Source: an uncultured Candidatus Saccharibacteria bacterium (lineage in GTDB: Bacteria > Patescibacteriota > SICC01 > CAYSOT01). From it: a stretch of DNA of 64,000 nucleotides. Below the pieces are notes generated by a model. It was not told the origin of the DNA and ran no database searches. It worked only from the letters and a program-made list of their open reading frames with translations. Position 1 is the stretch's first letter. Each line of letters starts with the position of its first letter. Shown here piece by piece: positions 55,405-64,000 of the stretch. Made by a program: the position numbers and the translations under genes. Where the stretch lies: positions 66,096-130,095 of the forward strand of contig CAYSOT010000001.1 in NCBI GenBank assembly GCA_964432765.1. The letters run 5' to 3'.

Positions 55405-56158
55405 TATTTTGTCCTGGGCCACGTTCAATCGGCAGTCGAAGTAGCGAGTCAAGCATTTTTGCATACTCTTCCTCGCCCAGACCGGTGTCCGGATCCGCTA
55501 CAAGACTCCTAACATCGTGCTCGCCAACCGCAATTTCCAGGATCGGTCGATCATTAAAAAATGTGAAGCCGTGCATCATGGTGCCTGATTCTTTTGGAAC
55601 CAGCTCCGAGACTTGGCGATCTAACGCCCCCTCGAGAGGCGTATAAAGGTTAGATCCCAAATCAGAACGCAACGAATCGTGAATTACTAAGGGACTAGCT
55701 TGTGCTCTCCCGGCACGCGCTCCGTGCACTGCATGTGTTTCAGTTGGAAAGGCCCAGCAAAATCCGCTTTGATCAAACCTGAGGCCACCTCCTGATAAAA
55801 TTCCAAGACCGTGCGATTCGACCGCGAAAGGATCGGTTAAACCCTTTCCGAATGTGTGTCCGGCGTATTTAATTTCGCGAAAAACAACGAGCACCGGCTC
55901 GCCGGCATGAGCTCTAACCTGTGCATCCAAATTTCGGTACAGGTCTGCGACCTCTGGATCAAACCCCTCTACGCGACGAATCGAAAAGTCGAGTGCTTGA
56001 TCCCCGGTTGTTTCGCCATCACGTATACGTTCAAACAGCTCTCTATTGCGTTCGGCAACCAACGCTTCTGCCTCTTCTGTCTTTGCCTCGGCTGCCCCAA
56101 CCGCGTGCTGCGCGTCTCTTACCGCTTCGATAGCTCCATGTATTTCAGCGTCTGGCAT
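55397..56158 (-). CDS. Hypothetical protein
   Basis: 253-aa ORF, AAGGAG SD, overlaps the next gene start. Confidence 0.7.
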   Translation of the reverse strand: MPDAEIHGAIEAVRDAQHAVGAAEAKTEEAEALVAERNRELFERIRDGETTGDQALDFSIRRVEGFDPEVADLYRNLDAQVRAHAGEPVLVVFREIKYAGHTFGKGLTDPFAVESHGLGILSGGGLRFDQSGFCWAFPTETHAVHGARAGRAQASPLVIHDSLRSDLGSNLYTPLEGALDRQVSELVPKESGTMMHGFTFFNDRPILEIAVGEHDVRSLVADPDTGLGEEEYAKMLDSLLRLPIERGPGQNNG

Positions 56159-56224
56159 ATCGACTCCTTATCGCTTTGCTAACGGAAAATCCTACCACAC
56201 CCAGTCAGCACTTAACAGGCCTTC

Positions 56225-57811
56225 TTAGTGCGTTCGGGGCAAGCGGCAGGAACTGAAAACACCAAGCAGCCCGACTACTGCCAGCGCTATAACTGAGGCA
56301 GCAAGTGCTTTGTCGCGCGCCTGATCGTTGATCGATTGTACCTCGCTAACAACTTCCTGTGGTTGCCCCTCGAGGTAGGTATTGAGTTGCGCATCACTTA
56401 CTACTTCCACCTTTCCCTGCACCTTCGGCTCTAATTCTTGCTTCTGCGCGTCTGTAAGAACACTGCTCTGGGCAATGAGATTCTGGCCAGTCGTCGACAA
56501 GACAACTACCACAACTGAACCGGCCACGGCCGTACCAAGCGACCCGCCAAGATTCTGAAATGTAGACATGATTCCAGAGGCTTCGCTCGTTTGGCTAGGT
56601 CTTACAGATGACTGCACAAGGTTCATCAGCTGCGAAGCGACGAGCCCAATGCCAGTACCAACCAGCAGCATTGTCGGTATAAACTCGACCCCTGAAGCGC
56701 TTTTGCCAATATTTAGACCAGCCAGCACAACTCCGACTAAAATGACTACAAAACCGCTCTGAATAATGCGACGAGATGAAAACCTTGCAGCAATTCTCGC
56801 CCCCTGGCTCGCAACGGCTAGCACCGCGATCGAAAGCGGTAAGAGCGTTAAGCCGGTTTGGAATGCGGAATAGTTGAGCGCCACTTGCAAGAATAGCGAG
56901 AAGGAAAAGATAAGGCCTGCCATGACTACTTGCATGGCTAATTGTGTGACAGCTGCTGGACGAAGTGTGCGCTGAGAAAAAAGTTCTGGCGTTACGAGAA
57001 ATGGTTTCTTCAGGCGAAACCTTCTCCACTGCCACGCAATAAAGAAACCAAGAATCATAACTCCGAGCGCGACCGTCCAGATCACCGGGGAGATTCCGCC
57101 CTTACTGATAATCGTAGTGTTACCGAGCATGAAGTCTTGCCGTGCCACAAAGAAACCGTAGGTATTCGCCATCAGCACACCGGCAACAATTGTTGTCAAA
57201 CCAAGTGCAGACAGGATAAGTCCGATTGAATCGAAGCCTTTTGTGACAGTAGCCACCGGAGCGTCTTTTATAGAGCGACGGTTAAGAAGAACGTAGAGCA
57301 CGACAAGCACTTCACCGATAAAACCCCACCGCCAAGACGCGTACGTCGTCAGCAATCCACCCACGATAGGTCCTGCCGCTGCGCCAAGTGCGGCAATTGC
57401 CGCCAAAGTCCCATAGGCCTTTACTCGCTCGGCGCCCTCGCGGAAGTTACCAGTCACAAGAGACATCATTGCTGGGATAACAAGTGCGGCACCGACGCCC
57501 TCAAGAAACGACCAGCCAAAGATCAAAGTAGGAAGATTTTGGCTTAGTCCGGTGATAAACGATCCGACACCGTAAATCACCAGGCCGATAGTAAAGGCTC
57601 TTTTACGACCAATGATGTCGCCGATCTTGGCGCCAGCAATCATTAATGACGCCATAACAAGTGAGTAAAGGGTGATCGCTGATTGAATTCCGGTGACAGT
57701 CGTATCGAGATCTTTAACGAGTGTCGAAATCGACACGTTCATGAAGGTCGTATCTAGCGTAAATACGAACTGGGCCAAAGCGAGTAATAGTATTATTTGT
57801 TTCGAATTCAT
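56225..57811 (-). CDS. MFS transporter (DHA2-like, 14 TM)
   Basis: LDTTFMNV, KIGDIIGRKR motif A, GPIVGGLLT..SWRWGF. Confidence 0.92.
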   Translation of the reverse strand: MNSKQIILLLALAQFVFTLDTTFMNVSISTLVKDLDTTVTGIQSAITLYSLVMASLMIAGAKIGDIIGRKRAFTIGLVIYGVGSFITGLSQNLPTLIFGWSFLEGVGAALVIPAMMSLVTGNFREGAERVKAYGTLAAIAALGAAAGPIVGGLLTTYASWRWGFIGEVLVVLYVLLNRRSIKDAPVATVTKGFDSIGLILSALGLTTIVAGVLMANTYGFFVARQDFMLGNTTIISKGGISPVIWTVALGVMILGFFIAWQWRRFRLKKPFLVTPELFSQRTLRPAAVTQLAMQVVMAGLIFSFSLFLQVALNYSAFQTGLTLLPLSIAVLAVASQGARIAARFSSRRIIQSGFVVILVGVVLAGLNIGKSASGVEFIPTMLLVGTGIGLVASQLMNLVQSSVRPSQTSEASGIMSTFQNLGGSLGTAVAGSVVVVVLSTTGQNLIAQSSVLTDAQKQELEPKVQGKVEVVSDAQLNTYLEGQPQEVVSEVQSINDQARDKALAASVIALAVVGLLGVFSSCRLPRTH

Positions 57812-58034
57812 ACCGCATTTATCGTGCGCGCAATTGCTGGTCGATTCAACTGCCACTCAAGTAAAGCGTGACGCAGGGCTCACTTATTGCCATTTTATCG
57901 ACAGATTGTAAAAGCCAATAAAGATCTAGAATATATCAGCGGAGCTTTTACCTTCGTATCACCATTGCGGCACTGATCGCACCTTAATCAACCGCGATCG
58001 TTTGACTTGTTCCAGACCGGCGGCTTGTCTTGAG

Positions 58035-58448
58035 CTACGTCCCAATAAGGCCGATTACGACCCCCATAACCAGGAGTGTCACAAGTTCGTTGCCGACATT
58101 AAGCAATGTTAGCTTTCCTGGCCTTCCCTCAAATAGATCGTGGGCGAGGAACCGCACCGCTATAAACCCGAGCCATAGCCAGAAAGCAGTAGTTACAGCA
58201 TCACTCAAGAAGCTGTGCTCGAAATACTGGTTTGCCAAATATGCGACATGAGCCAGAACGTACGCTGTTATTACGCTGGCGACAAACATTACAATCAGTG
58301 GCACAACTGGGCTACCACCATCCATTTTTACCTTTGCCAAACGCATCCATGTGGCTCCGAAAACACCACGCGCATACCAGATGCTTCCCACGACCATTGA
58401 GCTTGCCGCAGCAGCGAGAACTCCCAAATAGTTCACTTGTACGTCCAT
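58035..58448 (-). CDS. DUF1761 family membrane protein
   Basis: VNYLGVLAAA...GSIWYA..VFGATW, WLGF, LFEGRP; GGAGG SD. Confidence 0.85.
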   Translation of the reverse strand: MDVQVNYLGVLAAAASSMVVGSIWYARGVFGATWMRLAKVKMDGGSPVVPLIVMFVASVITAYVLAHVAYLANQYFEHSFLSDAVTTAFWLWLGFIAVRFLAHDLFEGRPGKLTLLNVGNELVTLLVMGVVIGLIGT

Positions 58449-58583
58449 CGACCCTCCTTCTTTAATGCGCTCATTGTAGCTCTGATATGACCCGCTGCAA
58501 GCCAAAGTTGCGTGGATAGGCGGGCACATCAAAACCTACCTGCATCACAAGTGCTGCAGGTACGGCTAAACTGCTCTGTCGTG

Positions 58584-59705
58584 CTATTTACTGAGTTCCG
58601 CTTGCGCTTTGAGCATATCAATCAAAGCTGAAAGTTGACTCGCGACCTTAACCTCGCCTGGAACATTCCTGAGGCTTTGTTCAGCCCTGGCCAGCAAGTC
58701 GGATATTCTTCGTCTACCGGCAGCAAGCGCACCTGTGGATTCAAAAAGATCGCTGACTTGCTCCACTTCAGGTTCCGTAATCGGTGAGCCGAGCCAGCCG
58801 CTTAGTTTTCGCTGCTGCGCAGGACTGCCATGATCAAAAACGTATTGTGTAAAGAAGGTGTGCTGATGCTCGCGAATATCCGAGTAGCGTGCTTGCACAC
58901 CCTTTGCACTGTCCCCGGTAAGGTCTTTGAGATCGTCGAGCATTTGAAATGCTTCACCTATTGCTTCTCCGAACTCGGAGCACCATTCTGCGAGGTCTGG
59001 GCTACCACCTGCCAGAGCAACACCTAGTTGCATCGGCCTGGTAAACGTATACCCAGCGGTTTTGAGTCTGGTTTTTCGCGCAACGATATCTGAAGTCACG
59101 GCCTGTCTGCTCATAGCATCGACGTCGACCATCTGGCCAACCACTACATCTTCGACCATGTTTTTGACTACTTTGTTAGCAGATTCTCGCTGCGTATCGC
59201 TAAACCCGTCGGCACTATTTAGGCGCTGCTGGGACCAGTAGAAAATGAGGTCGCCTACCAACATTGCTTGACCTTCGCCTATTTGCGATACATCTCCGAC
59301 TCGTCCTTCTTCAGCCATTCGTCGCGAAATTTCTACATGCAACGTTGGCTGACGATGTCTTACCGCGCTGTGATCGATGATGTCGTCGTGTATGAGGCAA
59401 AACGTATGAAAGAGTTCTACCCCTGCTGCATAGTGCATCGCATATTCAGTCTGCCTACCGCCCGTCGCTTCAAACATAACCATCAAAACGTATGGACGGA
59501 TTCGTTTGCCGTGAATAGCAAACGTTTCGAGCAAGTACTCAAAGTATTCATCCAGATACGGATCCTCGGTAGTTGAGCGTATCTCAGCAAGGTGTTTACG
59601 CAGGATTTTGCCAAAGACCAAATCGAAACGCTGCTTAAAATCATGTAGCGTTTCGCTTACCCCGTTACTTCGGGAAGAATCTTTTGCCTGCTCGTTGATT
59701 CTCAT
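58584..59705 (-). CDS. trans-polyprenyl diphosphate synthase
   Basis: GKRIRP, LIHDDIID..VRH, GQMVD, KTAGYT, AFQMLDDLKD. Confidence 0.93.
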   Translation of the reverse strand: MRINEQAKDSSRSNGVSETLHDFKQRFDLVFGKILRKHLAEIRSTTEDPYLDEYFEYLLETFAIHGKRIRPYVLMVMFEATGGRQTEYAMHYAAGVELFHTFCLIHDDIIDHSAVRHRQPTLHVEISRRMAEEGRVGDVSQIGEGQAMLVGDLIFYWSQQRLNSADGFSDTQRESANKVVKNMVEDVVVGQMVDVDAMSRQAVTSDIVARKTRLKTAGYTFTRPMQLGVALAGGSPDLAEWCSEFGEAIGEAFQMLDDLKDLTGDSAKGVQARYSDIREHQHTFFTQYVFDHGSPAQQRKLSGWLGSPITEPEVEQVSDLFESTGALAAGRRRISDLLARAEQSLRNVPGEVKVASQLSALIDMLKAQAELSK

Positions 59706-59796
59706 TCGTTATTCACTTTCAAAAACAATGCGCTCAGCTTCTTCGCGCTCATCATACACCTGACCAAACAAAAACGATTGATGCTCGCCGATATCT

Positions 59797-60198
59797 CTAG
59801 GCAGCGACTGGAGCTGCTTGCTCTATACGCGTGAGCACACCAAAAATTCTGTCTGGTCCCAGGGTTCTTTCGACTGGATGTTTGTGGTGCGGTATCGGCA
59901 GAAATTGTGTTGCCAGGCCGCCATCCGGAGAAATCTTTACGACTCCACTAAGTGGCCGTTCGTTTCGATCCCAGAAATGGACTTCATAGGATCCATTGTC
60001 GCACTGATGAAGAGCTATTCTCCCTTCATCGTCCTCTCTACTGACCTGTATAAAATGCAAACCTCGCACCGCGTCGGTTACGGCAGAACTGTCTTCGCTT
60101 TGTTGCTCAAATGCGTCTTCGCAGACTTTTTTAAGGTCTGCAGGTGTTGCAGTTTCAGCGGTTACCTCGCGATCAACTGATTGAATTTCTGTGTCCAT
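59797..60198 (-). CDS. Hypothetical protein
   Basis: 133-aa ORF, co-oriented with neighbours. Confidence 0.6.
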   Translation of the reverse strand: MDTEIQSVDREVTAETATPADLKKVCEDAFEQQSEDSSAVTDAVRGLHFIQVSREDDEGRIALHQCDNGSYEVHFWDRNERPLSGVVKISPDGGLATQFLPIPHHKHPVERTLGPDRIFGVLTRIEQAAPVAA

Positions 60199-60248
60199 AA
60201 AACGAACCGTTGAATATCCTACTCCGAGAGCGGCAAAAGCAACAAGCC

Positions 60249-60779
60249 TTACTCACTTCCTTGTTCGATGAAGTGTGAACCTGCGACGAGGTCGGGAAGC
60301 GACTCTGCAAGTTCTGTAGCTGCCACCGAGCGACTCGTTTCGGCAGTGTCTACCACCCCAACCTGATATGGTTTTGCGAGCTCTGGATGTGAGTCAGGTG
60401 ATTGAGTTAAGACGGCTGCGTAGTGTTTTCCGTGCTCTGCAATACTGCCCGCCGGTCCTGGATCACCCCATTTTTGTAAAATAAGCGTATCTCCATTTGG
60501 CAATTCTTTTGTGAGCGTTATGCTTCGCCTGGTATAGAGCACTTTTCCACTCCGGGTTTTGTGTTCCCAGTCCTTTGCTGCACACCCTTCATAACGGTCA
60601 GGGTTAGTACCGGCTTGGGCTATTGCGGATTCAACTCCACCTTTTAGTGACTTTGTTGCTCGCTGTTCGCGTTCTCTTCGCTCCGCACGAGCAGCCTCCA
60701 CTCGGCTCTCGCGCTCTTGGCGTCGTTTATAGCCAGGCACAAATCGCTCGAATCCTCCTCGTTCTGGTGAAACACTCAT
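60249..60779 (-). CDS. Hypothetical protein, paralog of 60803-61279
   Basis: GDTLILQKWG...AAVL...ELAESLPDLVAGSH. Confidence 0.7.
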   Translation of the reverse strand: MSVSPERGGFERFVPGYKRRQERESRVEAARAERREREQRATKSLKGGVESAIAQAGTNPDRYEGCAAKDWEHKTRSGKVLYTRRSITLTKELPNGDTLILQKWGDPGPAGSIAEHGKHYAAVLTQSPDSHPELAKPYQVGVVDTAETSRSVAATELAESLPDLVAGSHFIEQGSE

Positions 60780-60802
60780 ATCTTTTCCTTATCGAAACTT
60801 AA

Positions 60803-61279
60803 TTACTCGCTTGCGTTTTGGATCATCTCCGATTCTGAGGGAATGTGGCCACGTGCCACCAAGTCTGGTAACTGCCGCGCCAGCTCACGCTGCTCATCCG
60901 TCCGATTTGTAGCAAGATCGGCAATGGCTATCTTCGACGCATCTCCGCCTTCGCCCGTCTTTAACAACACCGCACCGCGACAGGCGCCGCGCTCGTTGAT
61001 TCCATCCGCGGTGTCGTTGCTCGGGCCCCATTTTGCCAGAAAGAGTCGATCGCCACTTTCGGTAATGATAGTGCATTCTTGCTTGCGCATCACAATCGAC
61101 TGGCCACCAGATCGCATCGTCCAAACTTCTTCAGACGCGCCGGGGACGCGACGAAGATCGCGACCACAGCGTTCAAGGGACGCATCTACACCCTCAGTTA
61201 ACCCGCGCTGCTGGCGCTGATAATCAGACTCAACAGTGTGTTCTGGTTCGGGACTATCTGTTTCTGGATGAGTACTCAT
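60803..61279 (-). CDS. Hypothetical protein, paralog of 60249-60779
   Basis: GDRLFLAKWG...GAVL...ELARQLPDLVARGH. Confidence 0.7.
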   Translation of the reverse strand: MSTHPETDSPEPEHTVESDYQRQQRGLTEGVDASLERCGRDLRRVPGASEEVWTMRSGGQSIVMRKQECTIITESGDRLFLAKWGPSNDTADGINERGACRGAVLLKTGEGGDASKIAIADLATNRTDEQRELARQLPDLVARGHIPSESEMIQNASE

Positions 61280-61325
61280 ATGGATTTTTATAATTGGCTT
61301 ATCTTAGCACTTTTTTCGCTATTTT

Positions 61326-64000
61326 TCAAGCAGGAATAAGGGTTTTCCTCGAGCTTCTTGCCTGCCTTCGCGCTCTTTGGACTGTTGCGAGACGTTGGAT
61401 TTCACGAATGAGCAAAAAGAGCGCGGCTGCAGCGGCTGCAAAAGCCCAATCGATCAAAGACAATGGACCGGCGCCAAAATATGTATTGAGCGGCGAGTAA
61501 ATGATCGTTATGACACAGACAAGGCTGAGCGTCATGGCTCCCCAGAGAACTGCGTTATGTAATTGATAGCGACTAAACAACCCGTCCGGTGTACGGCGCT
61601 GCAAAATGTTGCCAAGCTGACACAGCACAATAGTGAGGTATGTCATAGCCGCCGCCTGCAGATGCAGAGCGCTCCCGCCCTGTAGAGCACTCGCCTCCAT
61701 TCCTCCCCTGCTAATCACACCCAGATAGTTAGCATAGGCGAGACCGCCGATAATAATTCCACACCAGAACAAATCAACAATATTCCACTTGCTCAAGATG
61801 TGGTCGTGAACATCCCGCGGTTCTTCATCAAGAAGATGACCATTCCCCCGATCCCAGCCAAGGGCTGCAATTGGAAATAACTCAGCAATAAGGTCGATCG
61901 CCAAAATAAGCATGACCGATATCGCGAGGGGTATGCCAAGCAGCGTCGCACAAGCAAGGCTGGTTAGATTTACAACGAGCTCTGCTGCGTTACTTGTAAA
62001 ACACGACAACGCACCCTTGTGAATATTTTGGTAAATCACCCGACCTTCCTTCACGGCACCGACCAGTGTATGGAAGCTATCGTCGAGGAGAATAATTTCA
62101 GACGATTGCTTGGCGACATCTGTCCCAGTTTTGCCCATCGCCACACCAATGTCCGCCCGTTTTAGCGCAGGTGCATCATTAATCCCGTCCCCAGTAACCG
62201 CAACTACATGGTCGTGTTCTTTTATAAGTGAAACGATTCGTAGCTTATGCTCCGGGCTCACCCGCGAAAAAATACACCCGCCACGCTCGATATAATGCAT
62301 AATCTGAGAATCGCTCATTGCATCAAGCTCATCACCCAGAACAACCGCTAGCTGAGACGGCTTACTCGCAAGCCCGGCCTTGATCGCGATAGCCTTGGCA
62401 GTCGGAGCAAAATCGCCAGTGATAATTGAGATTTTGATATGTGCGCGTCCTGCTTCTGCAAACGCCGCCGGGACTTCTTCGCGCAAAGGATCCATCATGC
62501 TGACCATGCCAAGCCACACAAGATTCTGCTCGGCATCAGGCATCTTTAAAGATGTATACTGCTCGTTATTGGTGAGCTTACGGTAGGCAAAACCCAGATT
62601 GCGTTTGGCTTGTTCTGCTCGCTGAAGATTGTAGTCCTGGATTAAACGTATTTGAGTTCGCTGCAGTTTCTTTTCTCCTGCCCCAGACTGCCAAGCAATG
62701 CATCGCTTAAGCACTTCTTCCGGAGCTCCTTTTACGAAGACATAGTATTCTCCGTCTATCTTCCGGATGGAACTCATCATTTTCCTGGCTGAATCAAAAG
62801 TAAACTCCTTAAGCTCTGGGGATGTTCGATCAAGCTCTGAAGGCTTTAGCCCCGCCTTGCGGGCAAGCGTGATGAGAGCACCCTCTGTCGGATCTCCGAC
62901 GCAGTACCAGGTTGCGTGCTCATCATCGGGTTCGTGTATCGAAGCATTGCTGGCATAGACTCCAGTTGCGAAGAAGCGTTCTAGTTTCGTAATTTCACTG
63001 GGTGATATTCGTTTACCGTCTTTTCTAATCTCGCCCTTGGGCTCATATCCCGTCTCAGTAATGGTGTAGATGTTTCCCTCGGCCATAAATTCATCAACGG
63101 TCATCTCGTTTTTTGTGAGAGTGCCTGTTTTGTCAGTACAAATCACGCTTGTCGCACCAAGCGTTTCTACCGCCGAGAGCTTTTTCACGAGCGCTCTGGC
63201 TCGCACTAATCGACCTGCCGCTTGGGCAAGCGCCGTATTAATCTCGGCCGGAAGTCCTTGAGGAATTATTGAGCTAGCAAATCCGATTGCAAACAAGAAT
63301 GCGTCTTTAATGCCCAGGTTGGCAGCAATCGCAATCGGTAACAGAAAAAGGCATAAAACGAGCGTCCCTATCGTTACACGTCCCGCGATGTGATTCATCT
63401 CTTTTTGCAGCGGCGACAATTCATTAGGCGTCGATTCACTCAGATTAGCGATTCTGCCAAGCTCGGTAGCCATGCCTGTCCCTACGACTACCCCAAAAGC
63501 ATGTCCTGTCGCGACAGTCGTACCCAAAAAAACAAGGTTTCCTCTGTTTCCCAGCGGAACTGTGCCGCTAATGGCGTGGGTAAATTTTCGACTCGGATTG
63601 CTTTCACCCGTAAGAGCAAAGTCGTTTGTCGACAATTCATATTCATCTATTACTCGAAGGTCAGCCGGAACAGCATCACCTTCTTCGATATAGACTATTT
63701 CGCCCGGAACAAGTTCAGATGCAGCAACTTCCTCGACTGCCCCTGCTCGCAAGACTTTAGCGGATGGTACGACGAGCTTCTCGAGAGATTCCATGATTCG
63801 CTCTGCCTTAAACTCCTGGGCGAAACCAATCGCCGTATTAAAGAGCACTAAGAATCCAAGCACCACAGCCGTACGAACATCGCCGAGATAGGCTGATAAG
63901 GCTGCGCTGACGACCAGCAGTAGAATAATGGTGTCTCGAAACTGTCGCAGGTACTTTCGAAGGTATGATTCCTTATTTACTTCGATTAGCCTGTTTTCGC
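61326..64000 (-). CDS. P-type (type II-like) cation-transporting ATPase; 5' end beyond the window
   Basis: LTGES, DKTGTLT, KGAPE, MDP, TGDGINDAPALK; frame stays open to the window end. Confidence 0.95.
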   Translation of the reverse strand, partial: ENRLIEVNKESYLRKYLRQFRDTIILLLVVSAALSAYLGDVRTAVVLGFLVLFNTAIGFAQEFKAERIMESLEKLVVPSAKVLRAGAVEEVAASELVPGEIVYIEEGDAVPADLRVIDEYELSTNDFALTGESNPSRKFTHAISGTVPLGNRGNLVFLGTTVATGHAFGVVVGTGMATELGRIANLSESTPNELSPLQKEMNHIAGRVTIGTLVLCLFLLPIAIAANLGIKDAFLFAIGFASSIIPQGLPAEINTALAQAAGRLVRARALVKKLSAVETLGATSVICTDKTGTLTKNEMTVDEFMAEGNIYTITETGYEPKGEIRKDGKRISPSEITKLERFFATGVYASNASIHEPDDEHATWYCVGDPTEGALITLARKAGLKPSELDRTSPELKEFTFDSARKMMSSIRKIDGEYYVFVKGAPEEVLKRCIAWQSGAGEKKLQRTQIRLIQDYNLQRAEQAKRNLGFAYRKLTNNEQYTSLKMPDAEQNLVWLGMVSMMDPLREEVPAAFAEAGRAHIKISIITGDFAPTAKAIAIKAGLASKPSQLAVVLGDELDAMSDSQIMHYIERGGCIFSRVSPEHKLRIVSLIKEHDHVVAVTGDGINDAPALKRADIGVAMGKTGTDVAKQSSEIILLDDSFHTLVGAVKEGRVIYQNIHKGALSCFTSNAAELVVNLTSLACATLLGIPLAISVMLILAIDLIAELFPIAALGWDRGNGHLLDEEPRDVHDHILSKWNIVDLFWCGIIIGGLAYANYLGVISRGGMEASALQGGSALHLQAAAMTYLTIVLCQLGNILQRRTPDGLFSRYQLHNAVLWGAMTLSLVCVITIIYSPLNTYFGAGPLSLIDWAFAAAAAALFLLIREIQRLATVQRARRQARSSRKTLIPA

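Noticed and set aside
57860-58030. Possible riboswitch (e.g. fluoride) upstream of the MFS gene
   Set aside because: Only loose resemblance; the required pairings and conserved nucleotides could not be built.
1-64000. Alternative genetic code (TGA=Gly, as in Gracilibacteria/Absconditabacteria)
   Set aside because: Conserved genes are full length under code 11, and several end in TGA with ATGA overlaps.
1-64000. CRISPR array, IS element, integrase or prophage
   Set aside because: No regularly spaced repeats and no transposase, integrase or phage structural motifs seen; no duplicated tRNA 3' ends noticed.

Overview
Gene-dense chromosomal segment of roughly 50% GC, most genes on the minus strand. 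It is most consistent with a Patescibacteria/CPR bacterium (inference from the compact recA-rodZ-ftsK-murJ-ftsH-tilS order, tRNAs without encoded CCA, and many short orphan genes). The standard genetic code is used. Contents: recA (5' part), cell division and envelope genes, a large amidase with three Ig-like repeats, three CAT-anticodon tRNAs plus tRNA-Pro(CGG), gapN with a truncated GltD-like flavoprotein, a sensor kinase and a lone receiver, pepA, and an extended SUF Fe-S operon carrying two S51 peptidases and three orphan genes. Also present are SOD, a PduO-type adenosyltransferase, a deoxynucleoside kinase, an HD hydrolase, a 2-oxoacid:ferredoxin oxidoreductase, VIT1, flavodoxin, ABC/RND/MFS transporters, a polyprenyl synthase and a P-type ATPase (5' end outside the window). 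I found no transposase, prophage or CRISPR array. Most notable: a stand-alone cyanophycin-synthetase N-domain-like metallopeptidase next to a ~170-nt structured non-coding region with its own terminator; a circularly permuted M23 peptidase; apparently pervasive leaderless genes; a palindromic operator in a recA promoter; a lone sigma-region-4-like protein; and GC-rich mini-gene cassettes bounded by long hairpins. All protein family calls come from motif recognition by eye, not database searches.
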